64,000 nt of DNA from Salpingoeca rosetta (taxonomy: Eukaryota > Protista > Choanoflagellata): NCBI GenBank assembly GCA_033442325.1, contig JAWQFM010000033.1:670909-734908 (forward strand), in the 5' to 3' direction. Below the pieces are notes generated by a model. That model was given only the letters and a program-made list of their open reading frames with translations, made no database searches and was not told the origin of the DNA. The position numbers were made by a program, and so were the translations under genes. Every line of letters starts with the position of its first letter. The first letter of the stretch is position 1. Below are positions 1-35,985 of the stretch, one piece after another.

Positions 1-49
<49 letters not shown>

Positions 50-210
50 TGCACATACAGTGATGTGTTGGGTTAGTAGATTGAGTAAACGCTGATGACA
101 CACAACAAAAGCCAATGCACAATAAATTGAATGAGCACAGACTTCATCCCCGCCACCACCGCCGCCACCATCACCGCCACGATCACCATCATCATCACCC
201 CCATGCCTAC

Positions 211-10500
<10,290 letters not shown>

Positions 10501-10678
10501 GTTTCGCTCGTCTCTTCTTGCTTGTTTCCGCGCGCGGACACTACACTGCAGTTTATGGTGTCGTGATTAATACGTGGCGGTGCGGCGTGCATTCCCACAT
10601 GCACGCGTCGAGAAGGACACCTTCACCCACCCATCACACCCCTCCACACCACACACCCTCTTGTCGCATGATACAACG
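10501..10678. promoter_or_regulatory. Probable compact bidirectional promoter between ATAD2 and the TPR gene
   Basis: Only 178 bp separate the two divergent inferred start codons; no motif identified. Confidence 0.45.
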
Positions 10679-13827
<3,149 letters not shown>

Positions 13828-14443
13828 CAATTGCGCAATCGACACGACATCTTTCACCACGCCCCCCCCCCCTGTCGTCTCCGTTTATACTCACGTGAAG
13901 GCTTGTTTGATACGACGTTGTGTGTGTGTGTGTGTGTCTGTCTGTCTGTCTGTGTGTCTGTGTGTCTGTCTGTGTCTGTCTGTATGTGTCTGTCTGTGTC
14001 TGTGTCTGCCTGTTCATGTCTGTCTGTTCGTGTCTGTATGTGTCTGTGTCTGTGTGTGTGTGTGGTGTGAACCTCAAAATACACGTTGTCAACTGCACCA
14101 ATGTTGCACTGTGAGTGTGTTCGTGTCCACATTTCAACATCAACCTCAGCGCACCTGACTCTCCAAGCAACCAAGCGGAGGTACACAGCGCACACGCAGA
14201 CTTGAAACAGCAACAAAACAAACGACACATTTCAACTAAGCAACAACAAAACTGAACTGCACAACTGCACAACTACACTGCCGTTGTGCGCGCATGTGTC
14301 CGATGTCAACACGTGCATGCATCCACGCGAGATCAAAAAAGCCATCAAACCATTGCTCTTTACCGGCCACCACCACCTTTTATCATCGTCAGTGCAACCC
14401 TTCACCACCCATCACCAGCATGCATCGTCCATCATGGCCGCCA

Positions 14444-15367
14444 TCACATAAAGTCGTCTTCGTAGTCGTCCACGCTCATGCCGTGTTTGTTCGTCTCCAT
14501 CAAAGCCTCATCCTGCAGTGTCTCGTATGTCCTGTACATACACACACACACATGCACACACACATGCACACATGCATGAGTGGTTTTACAATGCGTGGCG
14601 GGAAAGGTGAAGGGACAGGTGGTGCAGACGGGAATCAAAGCAGCAGCAGAAGACACACAAACACATACGCACGCACACACACACATATGTACATACACAT
14701 ACGTACATACACGCACATATACACACGCATGTTGATACATGCACATGCGTGCATGCAGATACATGTTCACACACTTGAGTTTCTTCTCTTCGCGTTTTCG
14801 TTCAACTTTGAGTTTTTCCTGCTGGCGCCGCTGCTGCTGCTCTTTCCTGTTGGCGCAACAAACACGACGATGACCGTGGTGGTGGTGATGATGATCAAAA
14901 GGGTGTGACGATGACCATGGTGGTGGTGATGATGATCAAGGGGTGACGATGACCATGGTGGTGGTGATGATGATCAAGGGGTGACGATGACCATGGTGGT
15001 GGTGATGATGATCAAAAGGGTGTGATGATGACCATGGTGGTGGTGATGATGATCAAAAGGGTGTGACGATGACCATGGTGGTGGTGATGATGATCAAAAG
15101 GGTGTGACGATGACCATGGTGGTGGTGATGATGATCAAGGGGGGGACGATGACCATGGTGGTGGTGATGATGATCAAAAGGGTGTGACGATGACCATGGT
15201 GGTGGTGATGATGATCAAGGGGGTGAGGGCGTGGGCAGCGTCCACGTTCACGCGCACATACACACACATGCTCGCGCACGTACAAATGCGTGCACTGACT
15301 TTTTCTTCCTCAATTCGCGTGCATGTCGTTGTGATTGCTCGTGTTTCAAGTCGGGATGCCGCTCATC

Positions 15368-15403
<36 letters not shown>

Positions 15404-16218
15404 CACACACACACTAATACACATACGGAGAGACATGCAGATGCAGATATATCTCATCGTTTGCAGCACTACACGTTGGCACTTATCCGGATTTAGGTAC
15501 GTACCCGACATTCTCATGCGTATAAACATCTGCAATTNNNNNNNNNNNNNNNNNNNNNNNNNNNNNNNNNNNNNNNNNNNNNNNNNNNNNNNNNNNNNNN
15601 NNNNNNNNNNNNNNNNNNNNNNNNNNNNNNNNNNNNNATACCATACATGAGTTCAATCAGATACATGCGGATGCAAGTGTCAAGACACGTTTCAGCCGCG
15701 CACAATAACGTGGTGCAATGATGGCGGCGATGTGCAGAGCAATATATTTCAGCAGCACACAGGACCTCGCACCAACACACTGCACCATTACCTTGGTTGC
15801 ATACAGCTTCTTCAAGATCTCCTTGTTTCTCTTCTCCACCGTAAAGTACTTGAGCTGTCAACAGCGCCATGGTGAAGGGGCGAATGACGGCGGCGATGAG
15901 GAAGTAGAGAACAGACGGAGGATGAGCACATGCATGCAGACGTACGCGCACACGCACACATGTACACACGCACACACGCACACACGCACACACGCACATA
16001 CGCACACATGTACGCGCACCTCCTTCCTGCTGTGGAAGCTGACTTGGCCTACTTCCATATCACTGGTCTTCTTCAAATTTGCCCAGGGCGTGTACACCAC
16101 CCGCACGTTCGTCTTTTTGCAACCTTTCAACAACCACACATGCGTGTGCGAAGGAGCAAGGTGAATGGGTGAGCTTTGGCAGCCGTTGAGCCATCATCAG
16201 CTGCAGTACACACACACA

Positions 16219-16295
<77 letters not shown>

Positions 16296-16489
16296 ATCAT
16301 GAGCGCAACCACCGAACATGCGAGTCCAGTCCAAGCCGCGCGAGTGTGTGTACCCACGGTGTTTACACCTTCGATGCTGTTCTGTTTGACGAGCTGACAG
16401 CATTCCTCGATCAGTTGGTCTGGCAGCTCCTTCCACAAGTGGCCTTCACCCTACGCAGTGTGCGTGTGTGCGTGTGTGTGTGTGTGAGT

Positions 16490-16522
<33 letters not shown>

Positions 16523-17122
16523 CGTTCGTGTGTGCGTTCGAGTGTGTTAATGAAGATGACGAGTGTGCATCAGCTGGGCAGGTGACGCAGACATGCAGAA
16601 ATGCTGTGTCGGTGTACCTCGGGAAGGCGCACGTACACGTGGGCAGACGACAACGAATCGACGTGAAACCTGCACACGTGTCGGCATTCACAAATGTTGA
16701 GCAAGTCTAACCGAATACATGGGCCAACATGCTCTCACCACTCACAAAACACACATACACACACATGAGCATGCGCACACACACAGACACACACTCACAC
16801 ATACAGACACACACATATACACGCATACACACACACATACACACGCATAGACATGAGCGTGCGCACCACAGGTCATCGGGCCAGCCGTATGCGATCAAGT
16901 CCTCATTCTCATACTTGTCCTTGCCCATGTACAAGTGGTATGTCTTGCCATCAACTTCGCCCCCAAAAAAGAAGTAATGCCACGAACAAAGCACATGTGA
17001 AGGAGGGATGAAGACACGCGCAAACAAGAAAAGCCGAAGCAGGTGGACGCGGGTGAATCAGGCATGCGCAGTGCCATGCGCAGTGCCTTACACTCACTCT
17101 CTGTGTCAAAGTAGAACACCAT
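14444..17122 (-). CDS. CCDC25: CCDC25 / Jlp2-family protein (NFACT-R/DUF814 domain plus coiled coil); multi-exon
   Basis: MVFYFDT|...[23 protein letters not shown]|[15 protein letters not shown]|...[12 protein letters not shown]|[30 protein letters not shown], ending YEDDFM-stop. This matches the hallmark CCDC25 motifs. Confidence 0.95.
14866..15225. repeat. Intronic minisatellite, about 9 copies of a 38-41 bp unit (GACGATGACCATGGTGGTGGTGATGATGATCAA(A)(A)GGG(T)GT)
   Basis: Directly visible head-to-tail copies without unique spacers, inside a CCDC25 intron. Confidence 0.9.
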
Positions 17123-17224
17123 GACTGCTTGTTGTGTTCTCAGCTTCCGCCAGTCGAACGTGATTGAAGAAAAATGACCAAAATATTCCGCAAACTTTCG
17201 ACGCACAAAGGACGAGAGAGAGAG

Positions 17225-17263
<39 letters not shown>

Positions 17264-17465
17264 CTCACTCACCCTGTTCTTCGTGTTCCCTCATACATAA
17301 TTTGCTCCGCTGCTTGCGGTGTCGGCAGGTTTCTTTCCTTTAATCTGCGACGCCCGACAAGCAAACACACACGCACCGCGCACACAACACAGTCTTCCAT
17401 GGAGCATAAACAAGCACACACACGCACACACACACACACGCACACACACACACACGCACACACAC

Positions 17466-17514
<49 letters not shown>

Positions 17515-17567
17515 GCAAAGCAAAAGCAAAAGCAAAAGCAAAAGCACCACCTGCTGCTGGTGGCAAC

Positions 17568-20208
17568 TCAAAGCACGGCGTGGTCAAACTGCTTGACGTC
17601 GTGCGGGGACTTGTATGTGCCCAGCAGTCGGTCCCACCACATGAAGAGGTGCCCATAGTTGAACTTGAACAGCCGGTGGTGCACGTGGTGGTCAGCAGCA
17701 GTGCCTGCAAGCAATTTTAGTTGATGGAGCGCAAGACAAGTCGCAGACCAGAAACCAATGTGAGCGAAGTGAAGACAGGAAGGCGAGCGCAGCTGCAAAC
17801 ATACAGCTGACACACACACACACACACATTCACACACACATTCACACACATTCACGCATTCGCACACGTTCACACATACACATTCACACACGTACACGCA
17901 CATTCACACACATTCACACACATGCACGCGCATTCGCACGCGTTCACACATACACATTCACACACGTACACACATTCACACACATGCACACACATGCGCA
18001 TTCACACACATTCACACACACACTGACCAATGCCGAGATAGGAGACATAGTGGTCCCACGGGTTAGGGAACTCCGAGTGGATGAGTGTGAGGTAGTTGGC
18101 GTAAATCTGACAGTGGAGCGTGAACACGGCAGAGGAGGTAAGGGGCCTTGGAGGATGCAACGTTTTCGAGGCAATGCAAACACACATGATCACACATGGA
18201 CACACACGAACACAAAAAAGCAGGCACACACACATACAAACACACACACACACATACACACCCACACCCACACACACACCCACACCCACACCCACACACA
18301 CATACACAAACACACACACACACACAAACACAAACACACACACAACACACGCTCACCGTGCCAAAGGCCATGTACGACCAAACATTGCAGTGGACGATGT
18401 TGGCGGTGATGAAGAGCGGGATGAGAATCATGCAGATGGTGTCGCCCAGAGAGCCGTTGAAGGCATCAAAGAGCCGTGGGTTGAGCCACTTGTGGTGCGG
18501 CTTGTGGCTCGCCTTGTACACCTGTTTAAAGGTGGTGGTGTTGATGGCAGTGAGGGAGATAGGGATGGGGAGAAAGTAAGAAGGGAGCAGCAGTGATTCG
18601 GAGAGAGGCGAGACATCGCAGGAACGGGGGAAAGGAAGAACAAAGGCTCATGACATTGGCACGAGAAAGAGCCAAGAAGAGCGAGCCAGACACAGCACGC
18701 AGGTCAAAGAGAGCAGGGAGACACACACACGTACATACATACATACATACATACATACATACATACATACATACATACATACATACATACATACATACAT
18801 ACATACATACACACATACATACATACATACACACATACATACATACATACATACATACATACATACATACATACATACATACATACATACATACATACAT
18901 ACATACATACATACACAGCAGGCACACAGAAACCCCCCCCCCCCCACATACACACACACTGTACCGCTGGGGAGAGCTTGTGTTCGAGGTAGTGCATGAC
19001 AGTCTGGAGTGCATCGACGATGGCGAGCTGGGCGAGGACGTGGTACCAGTTGACCGAGCCAGACATGTCGTAATATGACGCCGGCATGAGATTGAACATC
19101 CACGTGAGGGAGAGGTAGCTGCCGAGGAGCACAAACCCTTCCGGCTGCGCCAGATGCGTGGTGACGCCCTCCCAGAAGTCGTAGTTCTCCTTCTTCTCTG
19201 TCTGGATGAACCGGCTGCACTTGAGCACCTGCAGCGAGAAGTGTGACCGTGGTGGAAAAAAAAGTGTGTGCGCGTGGGTGGGGGGACGCACGCAACGGAT
19301 GGAGGAGAGCAGTGGTGGTCAGTAATGGTCAGGGGTGGTCAGGGGTGGCTAGTGGCGGTCAAAGCAGCAGCCACACTGATGAATGGAATAATCCTCATGA
19401 ACAGACACGCACCCAAGCCCTCACGCACCGACAAGCAGAGAGAGAAAGCGAGAGATGTGCGGACATGGAGGCATACGCACGAATTGTACGCACACAGATG
19501 CACCAACACAAACACGTGCACACACACATGCACACATGCACACACATGCACACACATGCACACTTGCCTCTCGCCTGAAGTAGAACCACACGAGCACAAA
19601 GACTTGGCCGACAGCGACGGAGAGAAGGCCGAGGGACAGGCCGACTGGGGAAGGCCACTCGCCAGGGCCATGCGGCAGTGTGTATGAGGAAGCGGCGGCT
19701 ACAGTTGGCGCAGCAGCGGTGCTGGCGAGGGATGATGTGTTGAACCCGCCAAGCAGCGATGTTGGCAGCGAAAAGGATGACAGGGAGCGACCAAGGAACA
19801 GCTGTGACGCATTGTCAAGCAGCTGGCTCACAACTGCATGCATGTACGTGAGTGAGTGAGTGTGAGTGAGTGTGTGTGAGTGAGTGAGTGAGTGAGTGAG
19901 TGAGTGAGTGAGTGAGTGAGTGAGTGAGTGAGTGAGTGAGTGAGTGAGTGAGTGGGTGAGTGAGTGAGTGAGTGAGTGAGTGAGTGAGTGTGAGAGAGTG
20001 GGCGTGTGTTTGAGTGAGTGTGAGTGAGAGAGTGTGAGTGAGCGAGTGTGAGTGAGAGTGTGTGTGTGTGAGTGTGAGAGAGAGTGAGAGAGAGTGAGAG
20101 AGTGTGTGTGTGTGTAACAGCGTGCATCGGCATGGTGCAGTGTGTTTGTTTGCACGACAAGCTCCTGTCGGCTTTGCAGTGTCACTCACAGTTCCACGAC
20201 GTCGCCAT
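17568..20208 (-). CDS. Sterol desaturase / fatty-acid hydroxylase superfamily membrane di-iron enzyme; about 6 exons
   Basis: Histidine boxes HYLEH, HKPHH, IHSEF and HHVHH followed by NYGHLFMWWDRLLGTY, plus hydrophobic segments. Start MATSWN|FVSQLL (phase-1 intron). Confidence 0.88.
18732..18914. repeat. (TACA)n tetranucleotide microsatellite
   Basis: Near-perfect array in a desaturase intron. Confidence 0.92.
19848..20112. repeat. (TGAG)n microsatellite
   Basis: Visible in the first desaturase intron; a similar array lies at about 57392-57520. Confidence 0.88.
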
Positions 20209-20711
20209 GCTTGTCTGTGAACTCGTGTCCGTACAGTCTTGGCTGTGTTGTCTATCTATCGGTGATCCCCAAATCGTCTCCAGCTTTGCACCCAGTTTCA
20301 CTCACTCACGCACGCACGCACTCACGCACACACACGCTATGTCTGTCGGCACGGTTGTCTTCCAAGCCAGCCAGCAAGGACTGTTGTCGCAGGTGCTGTG
20401 TTCGCGGGACGCAAGATTCGCGAGGCAAAACAGTTACCAACACCATAAATACTTTGACAGCTGAGCCCACACAGATCAAGCCAAACGTTGACAGCTTTGA
20501 CAGGTGTGACAGGTGTGTCACAAATGTCACCCCACCAGCCACGCCACAACTGCACACCCCCTGTGTTGTGACATGATGGGTGTATGCTGTGTATTGCCTT
20601 CTGGCTCCGAACACAGTGAACACACACATACACATACGCACATACGCACACACATGCAAGAGCGAAAAGGAACAAAAGAACAGCTGGCGGACCCATTCTT
20701 GCATCACCACA

Positions 20712-28938
<8,227 letters not shown>

Positions 28939-29385
28939 CCTGCCAGTTGTGCTGGTTTTGCTTGTTCGTGTCGGCTTCCTTCATTTGCGTTTGAGAGTGA
29001 ACAACGGAACGTCAGCTTGCGTTGATACACATCAACATAAACATCAAGGCGCAGCCACCACACACACACATGCACACACACATGTGCACACACACGCACA
29101 CACACATGCACACACATGCACACACATGCACACACACACACACACACACTGATCCATTCACAGCACACGCACACCACCACGCACCACCACAGCACATCCA
29201 AACAACTCACTGCCGTGCTGGTGCTTTTGCTTCGCTGTCGTCTTTGGGTCAGTCGAAGTGTGGCCAATTTGTTAAAGATATGGCCAATAATCGTCAAAAT
29301 ACGTATTCTTTTCGCCCTGAATTTGAACGACACACACAAGACACAGAAAGGCGGTCGGTTGGTTGGATGTGAGTGCACATGCATG

Positions 29386-29427
<42 letters not shown>

Positions 29428-29623
29428 TCCTCATATCCCATGCATGCCTTGTGCTACTGGTAGCAGTGGTTGCCTCGCTCGAGTCGTCGCTGTAGGGCTT
29501 TCATTGTGTTCACTGGCTCCTCACACACTCACTCACTCACGCACACACACGCACACACATGCACACACACACACACACACGTGTCGCTGCATTCACGCGA
29601 ACGCACGCGCCCTCACGCTGCAG

Positions 29624-29907
29624 ATGGCTTCGTTCGACCGCAAGTTTCGCCGCGGACAAGTGCCGGCGTCGCCGGCGTCATCCACGTCGTTTGCGGCCAC
29701 CATGGGCAGCCCACAGCGCGGTGGGCTTGGCATGCATCAGCAGCAGGAGCAGAATCAGTCAATGTATGGCCAGGGCGCGGGTCTGTCCTCGCCGCAGCAG
29801 CCACATCATGACACCGGCATGTTTGACGGGCCCATGTCGTATCAGCAGCGAAGGGATGAACCCCGTTCCACAAACTTTCTCCTCAGACCAAAGGTGAATG
29901 CGTACGT

Positions 29908-29949
<42 letters not shown>

Positions 29950-30553
29950 AGCTCTGTCTGCATTGATTTTGTTGCGGTTGGCCTCTTGCTTTCACCTCCA
30001 ACTCATCTCGGTTTCATGGTCCTGAACCCGTGCCGTTGTTGATCCTGTGCCCGAACGCCAACACCAACAACAACAACAATCGAATACATGCACGTGGGCG
30101 CACGTCAAACAGCAACAACAACAGCAACAGCAGCGCCAACAACAGCAGCAGCAACAGTACCAGCATGAGCAGCAGCAGCAGCACCTGTCTGCGTCCCAGC
30201 GACCAATGTTTGGCGGTGACAGCGGGTCGCTCTTCTCACCGCACCCATCCTCGATGGGACAGAGCGATACAGACGGCGGCAGCAGCGGCGGGTATCACTA
30301 TCAACAGAACCACCACCACCAGCAGCAGCAGCAGCAAGGGTTTGATCAGCATCACAGCAGCATGTTCTCTACCTCCTACGCAGGTGCATACGGCCAACAG
30401 CAACAACAGCAGCAGCAGCAGAATAGGCCACTCCGCCCAAGTGGGTTGCGCAACGAACAGGGTCTTGGCATGATGGGTAACGGTGGTGCGGTAACGCGGA
30501 CCAAGACCTCCTCACACGTCGACCCGCCTATCAGCGGTGCGCGCGCGCGTGTG

Positions 30554-30619
<66 letters not shown>

Positions 30620-31417
30620 CTGCCTGTGTCTGTCTTCATGTGTACCTCCCTCTGTGTGTCTATACCTGTATGTTTATGATGTTTGGATCCAATGTCTGTC
30701 TGTGCCGGCATCCATTGCGGGGGTGTGTCAGCTGCCGCTGTTTTTACCATGTTGCCCTTGCTCACGCAACCAATGCCCCCCCCCCCCACTGCAACCCTTA
30801 CACAATTCGTTGTGTTTCTCTCTCCACTTCAGGTCTGCACGACACGGAATCTCCCGTCTCTGCCACACCCTCCATGCAACTGCCAACCACCGCAACAGCA
30901 ATACCGCCACAGCCATCATCGTCGTCAGCATCATCGTCACTGCCCCCCTCATCCACGGGTGTGCACTCTACATCTGTCTTTGGCACTGCGGACGCCATGG
31001 CGCCACACGACTCACCGCTGGTGCGATGTGTGTGCATGTGTGTGTGCATGTGTGTGTGTGTGTGTGTGTGTACCTGTTTTGTTGCGTTCGTGTCTTCGTT
31101 GATGCTCATTTTGCCCTACCGCTCCTCACATCACCTTCCTCCCAACTTTCTTCCTTCCCCCCCCCCCCTTGGCTTGACTGCCGCCGTCAGTCGCGCGTGC
31201 CAACACATGTCCATGCCGGACCCCACACGCCGGCCCGCTCGACACACCACGCGCGCGCCGTAAGTCACGCCCATGCACACGCTTGCACGGGCGCATCGGA
31301 CACTTGCACACACATACCCACATGCAAAACATGTATGCACACGTACACACACACACTCACTCACTCACACACCCCCGCTCACTCACACCCGCTCACTCAC
31401 TTGCGCACACACACACA

Positions 31418-31455
<38 letters not shown>

Positions 31456-32135
31456 GCAGGGCGGGGGAGATACGTGTGTGACGGTGTTTGGGTTCACGCC
31501 GGAGCATGCTGGGCACGTGCTGTCGGAGCTCGGGTCGTGCGGAACAATTGTCCGCAAGCAGCACGGCGCTGGAAATTGGATCCACATCCAGTTCTCGTCC
31601 CGCATTGAGGCGCAGCGGGTATGCGCGGCTGGAGGGAAGACGGGAGGGGGTGAGGTGGTGGGAACTGTGATGTGATATGTGTATGTGTGTGTGTCTGTCT
31701 GTCTGTCTGTGTCTGTCTGTCGATCTGTGTCTGTTTGTCTGTGTTGTCTATCTGTCTGCCTTGTCGATCTGTCTGTCTTGTCGATCTGTCTGTCTTGTCT
31801 GTCATGTCTATCTGTGTCTGTTTGTGTACATGCCCACCATATTCTCTCACCACCACCACCACCATGGCGCATCAGGCGCTGTCGCGGAGTGGGCACGTGC
31901 TGCACGGGCGGGTGATGATTGGCGTCATCCCCTGCACCGACGATGATTTCCTCAGCGGCGCAGGGCAGGTGGGCAGCAGCACAGCAGTGGTGGTTGGAGA
32001 TGGTGATTGGTGGTGATACGAGAAAAGGGAGAGCAAATGGAGCGAAGGGCGGAAGCTTATGGTCGGTGCATGTCGCTGTGTTTGGATGTGTGCGTGAGAG
32101 AGTGAGAGGGAGGAGCAGGAAGCTGTGTTCGACAC

Positions 32136-32195
<60 letters not shown>

Positions 32196-32633
32196 CATCT
32201 CTCTGTTGCCCTTGCTGCCACTCACTCAACATCACATTGCATCTCCTCACCCTGCCCTCGCCGCAACCGCCATTATCAGACCACGCCAACCACCCCTGGC
32301 GTGCTCGGTACTCCAATGCACAAGAAGACGCCACGCATTCTCGGAACAAAGAAGGTGGGCACAAGCTGACACGTGCGCGCGTATTTGCACATGTGTATGT
32401 ATGTGTGGGTGTGTGGGTGTGGGTGTGGGTGTAGGTGTGTCGCAAATGATGTCCGCAACTACGTGGTATTGCAACATTGTTTCATGCTTCCAGTCACCAT
32501 CACTAACATCCGCCCTCCTTAATGCTCCAATCAGTCGACTGCGCCCGGGACGCCCGGTGGCCCGACGACGGCAACGGTGTCGCCCTCCCGCTCGTATATT
32601 GGCGCTCTCGGCGACTTTTTGTGGTCGTGGTGA
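29624..32633 (+). CDS. NUP35: Nucleoporin NUP35/Nup53 (MPPN RRM domain); multi-exon
   Basis: CVTVFGFTPEHAGHVLSELGSCGTIVRKQHGAGNWIHIQFSSRIEAQR|ALSRSGHVLHGRVMIGVIPC is the Nup35 RRM. PPISG|LHD motif. Terminal exon 32535-32633 ends in an amphipathic helix SYIGALGDFLWSW-stop, as in Nup35/Nup53. Confidence 0.88.
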
Positions 32634-33021
32634 TGGGTGATTGGGTGGCGGCTGTTCTGGTTTGGATTGGGTTTGTGCTAGTGGTGCTTCGTGGCTATGT
32701 CAACTGGCCGGTGATGGCGGATGATGGTGATGAATAATGACAGACAACGATGACATGCAAGCGCGCACCATGACACAGACGCGCGAGATGGGTGGTCTGG
32801 GGAGTTGGAAGGTTCGTTGCACTGATGCTTGGCTGGGCTTTGACGGCGATAGCGACAGCGCGTGTTGGCCGTGCTTTGGGCCCTGTGTCCTGTGCCTTGC
32901 CTTGCTTGTGGTGTTAACCAGTGAACAGTATGCATGAGTGAGTGAATGAACGAGGGATGGGAGTGAATGAACGAGGGATGGGAATGAATGAACCAGGGAT
33001 GGAGTGAGGGAGTGAATGACA

Positions 33022-33160
<139 letters not shown>

Positions 33161-33634
33161 GCACACACACACACACAAAAGCACACATTCGCTATTCCAT
33201 GAATGACTTTTATCAATTTTCTGCGTTGGTAACGGCTTTGAGACAAAACAACAACAAGGTTCGATGTGTGTGGTTGTGTTGTGTGTTTGGTGTTTGTGGT
33301 GGTGGTGGTGGTTGGCAGGGGAGAGCGAGGCACCACCAGCAGCAGCGATGATTGTTTCATCACACGCACATTCACAAGAAGAACAAGAGCAGCAACAACA
33401 AACAAACAGCTCCGCTCAGCCACAACACAGCTCACACACCTCACGCTCTGCAAAGCAAGCCGAAAAGAGCGCACGCGCCCTTGGATACACATCCATTCCC
33501 TTGCTTTCCAGCGTCCCGCCACCCTCACATCCTTTCTTTAAACAACGTACGCGTCACTAGTAGACAACCAGGGTAATCAGCAAACAAGGCAACCAATCAA
33601 TAACCGCCCACGACAACAGCACAAACGATACACA

Positions 33635-35985
33635 ATGGGTTGTGGAAGCAGCAAGGCCGCCGAGGTCAAGCAGACCACCGTGGAAGGTGCACGCATTTGC
33701 ATGTGTGTGTGTGCGTTTGTGCGTTTGTGTGTTTTGTTTCTTCTGTGTCTGTGTTCGTGCACCTGTGTCCGTGCACGTGTTTGTGTGCGCGCGTCCATCT
33801 GTGTGCGTGTGTGAGCTTGAGCAAGCCGAGTCTCGTATTCATCCTCTTGCACATGGCTCCATCATGGCTCCCTGTTGGTTTTTCAGCCGCCCCAAGCTCG
33901 GCAGCACCAACGGCGACCAAAGTCGACGTCTCACAATCGGTAGGTGCTGCTGCTTGCAAGCAACAGGCGTGAGTGTTAGTGAATGCTGCGCTGCGGCACA
34001 GCCAGCGCAGTCTGCCTCGTGCGCGTGCCATGCCCTCCTTCTCATTGACAACCACACAACGGCTTTGTGTGATGGGGATATGTTTGCACAGAACAAGAGC
34101 GTTGCGCAAGCAGAGGGCGACAAGAACGACACATCCACACAGCAAGCGCAGCAAGATTCAGCACAAGCAAAGCCAGACACGAAAAAGGATGAAGCAGCAG
34201 CAAGTCAAGGCATGAACACCGATGGTGAGCCTTTGTGTGTGAGTGTGGGGAGGGAGTGGGAGTGTGAGAGAGTGCATGTCTGTGTGTGTGTGTTCATGTG
34301 TGCGCGCGCGCATTCATGTGCGTGTGCTTCTGCGATTGATTGTGTGCAGGCGTGTGTGTTTGCTTTGTTGCACATGCCATCTTTGGCAACATGCCATCGT
34401 GCCATGCATACACCGTGCGACACTGCCCCAACTCACATCTTTGCTCATCCCTCCGCCATCAGCGGACCTCAGCGTAACCGGCCGCAAGATTGAGAGCAGA
34501 GCCGGCTCACGGGACCAACAGAACCCACCGGTATGTGCTGTTTAGCGACCACGCCTCGCCTCTGTCTTGCGAGAGAGTGCGGGATAGTGATCGTGCGTGT
34601 CGAGCACTGCCCACATTCCGCTCGCATGCGGAATGCAATGCATGACTTGAACCCATTTGAACAATGGCTTGTTTTCCCTCTTGTGACCAAACACACTCCT
34701 TCTATTTTTATTTCTCACTGCTCGACACTCCGTGGAACACCTCATCAACCACCCCGTGAACTATCGCCACGGATCAGGACACGCCTGCGACAGACGACGA
34801 CTATTCGCGCATGACGAGCGCCATCTCCACGCGGAGTGCACCGCCGTCCATTATGGAGAGGCCCTCGTCCCGCGGCGGCCGCGCATTCGAGATCAGCGTA
34901 AGCGCCCTCGCTTCCCGCTGCTGCCGTTTTTTTTTTCCGTGTGTGTGTATGTGTTTGTCTGCGTGTGTGTGTGTATGTGTGTGTGTGTGTATGTGTGTCT
35001 GTGTGTCTGTGTGTCTCTGTCTCTGTCTGTCTCTCTGGCTCTGTCTCTCTCTCTGTCTCTGTCTGTCCGTCTCTCTCCCTCTCTGTGTGGTTGGAATACA
35101 CTCCCATCCCACTTCACTGTCACCCTCCTCACCCTCCTCCTCACCCCCCCCCCCCTTGTCTCTCCCCCACCAGTTTGAGGATGGCGATGTGCGCCGTGCG
35201 CCGCGTCGGCTGCAGAAGTTGCAGCACTCGTCGCGCCGGCGCAAGGGCGACTTGACGCTCGACCAGCTGCAGCGCAAGCTCGAGGCCGCCGAGAAGAGGA
35301 AGAAGGAGTACGAAAAGCGCATTCTCGAGAAGATTTCCGTCGACGTGAGTTATTCGTGTGCTTTTTTGGATTTGTTCGTTTCCGTGTCTGTGTGTGTGTG
35401 TGAGTGTGTCTGTGTTGTGTGTGTAATTGTGTGTGTGCATGTGTACTTGTGTATGTGTACTTGTGTGTGTGTGTGTGTTTGTCTGCAATCCCTGTCTCGT
35501 CGTACGTTTATCCTTGGCCCTCATTCCTCGCCCGTCCTAATCCCCCCCCCCGTTATCCAACTGCACCAGACGCGCAAGCCCGCTGACCGCCGAGAGGAGC
35601 AGACGGAGCAGCAGGCAAAGGAGGTTGAGAAGAAGGTCGAGAAGAAGGTTGACAAGGCAATGGTACGTTGTTTGTTGGCTCAGCCATGCTGCCACGCGTG
35701 TGCTCATGCGTGTACCCATGCGTGTACTCCAGTGTTTACACACACACAAACACACACACACACACACAACACCTTCCTCTCTCACTCCCCCCCCTCCCTA
35801 ACCACCTCTACAACCATCATCATCATCATCATAACCACCACCACCACCACCACCACCATCGACAACAGGAGAACCGGGAGGCGCATCTGCGATCGCTGCG
35901 GGAGAAATTGCGCGCACGCGAAGAGCACGGCCGGAAAGTACGGGAGAAGAAGCAGCAGCAGAAGACGGACCAGAGCGAGGCCTGA
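33635..35985 (+). CDS. STMND1: Stathmin-domain protein with N-terminal acylation motif, STMND1-like; multi-exon
   Basis: Start MGCGSSKAAE. ERPSSRGGRAFEI; LTLDQLQRKLEAAEKRKKEYE; KVDKAM|ENREAHLRSLREKLRAREEHGRKVREKK. These follow the stathmin consensus (AFE, KLEAAEERRK, ENREA). Confidence 0.85.

Noticed and set aside
14866-15225. Regular ~40-bp repeats resembling a CRISPR array
   Set aside because: No unique spacers, no cas genes, and it lies in a spliceosomal intron; it is a minisatellite.
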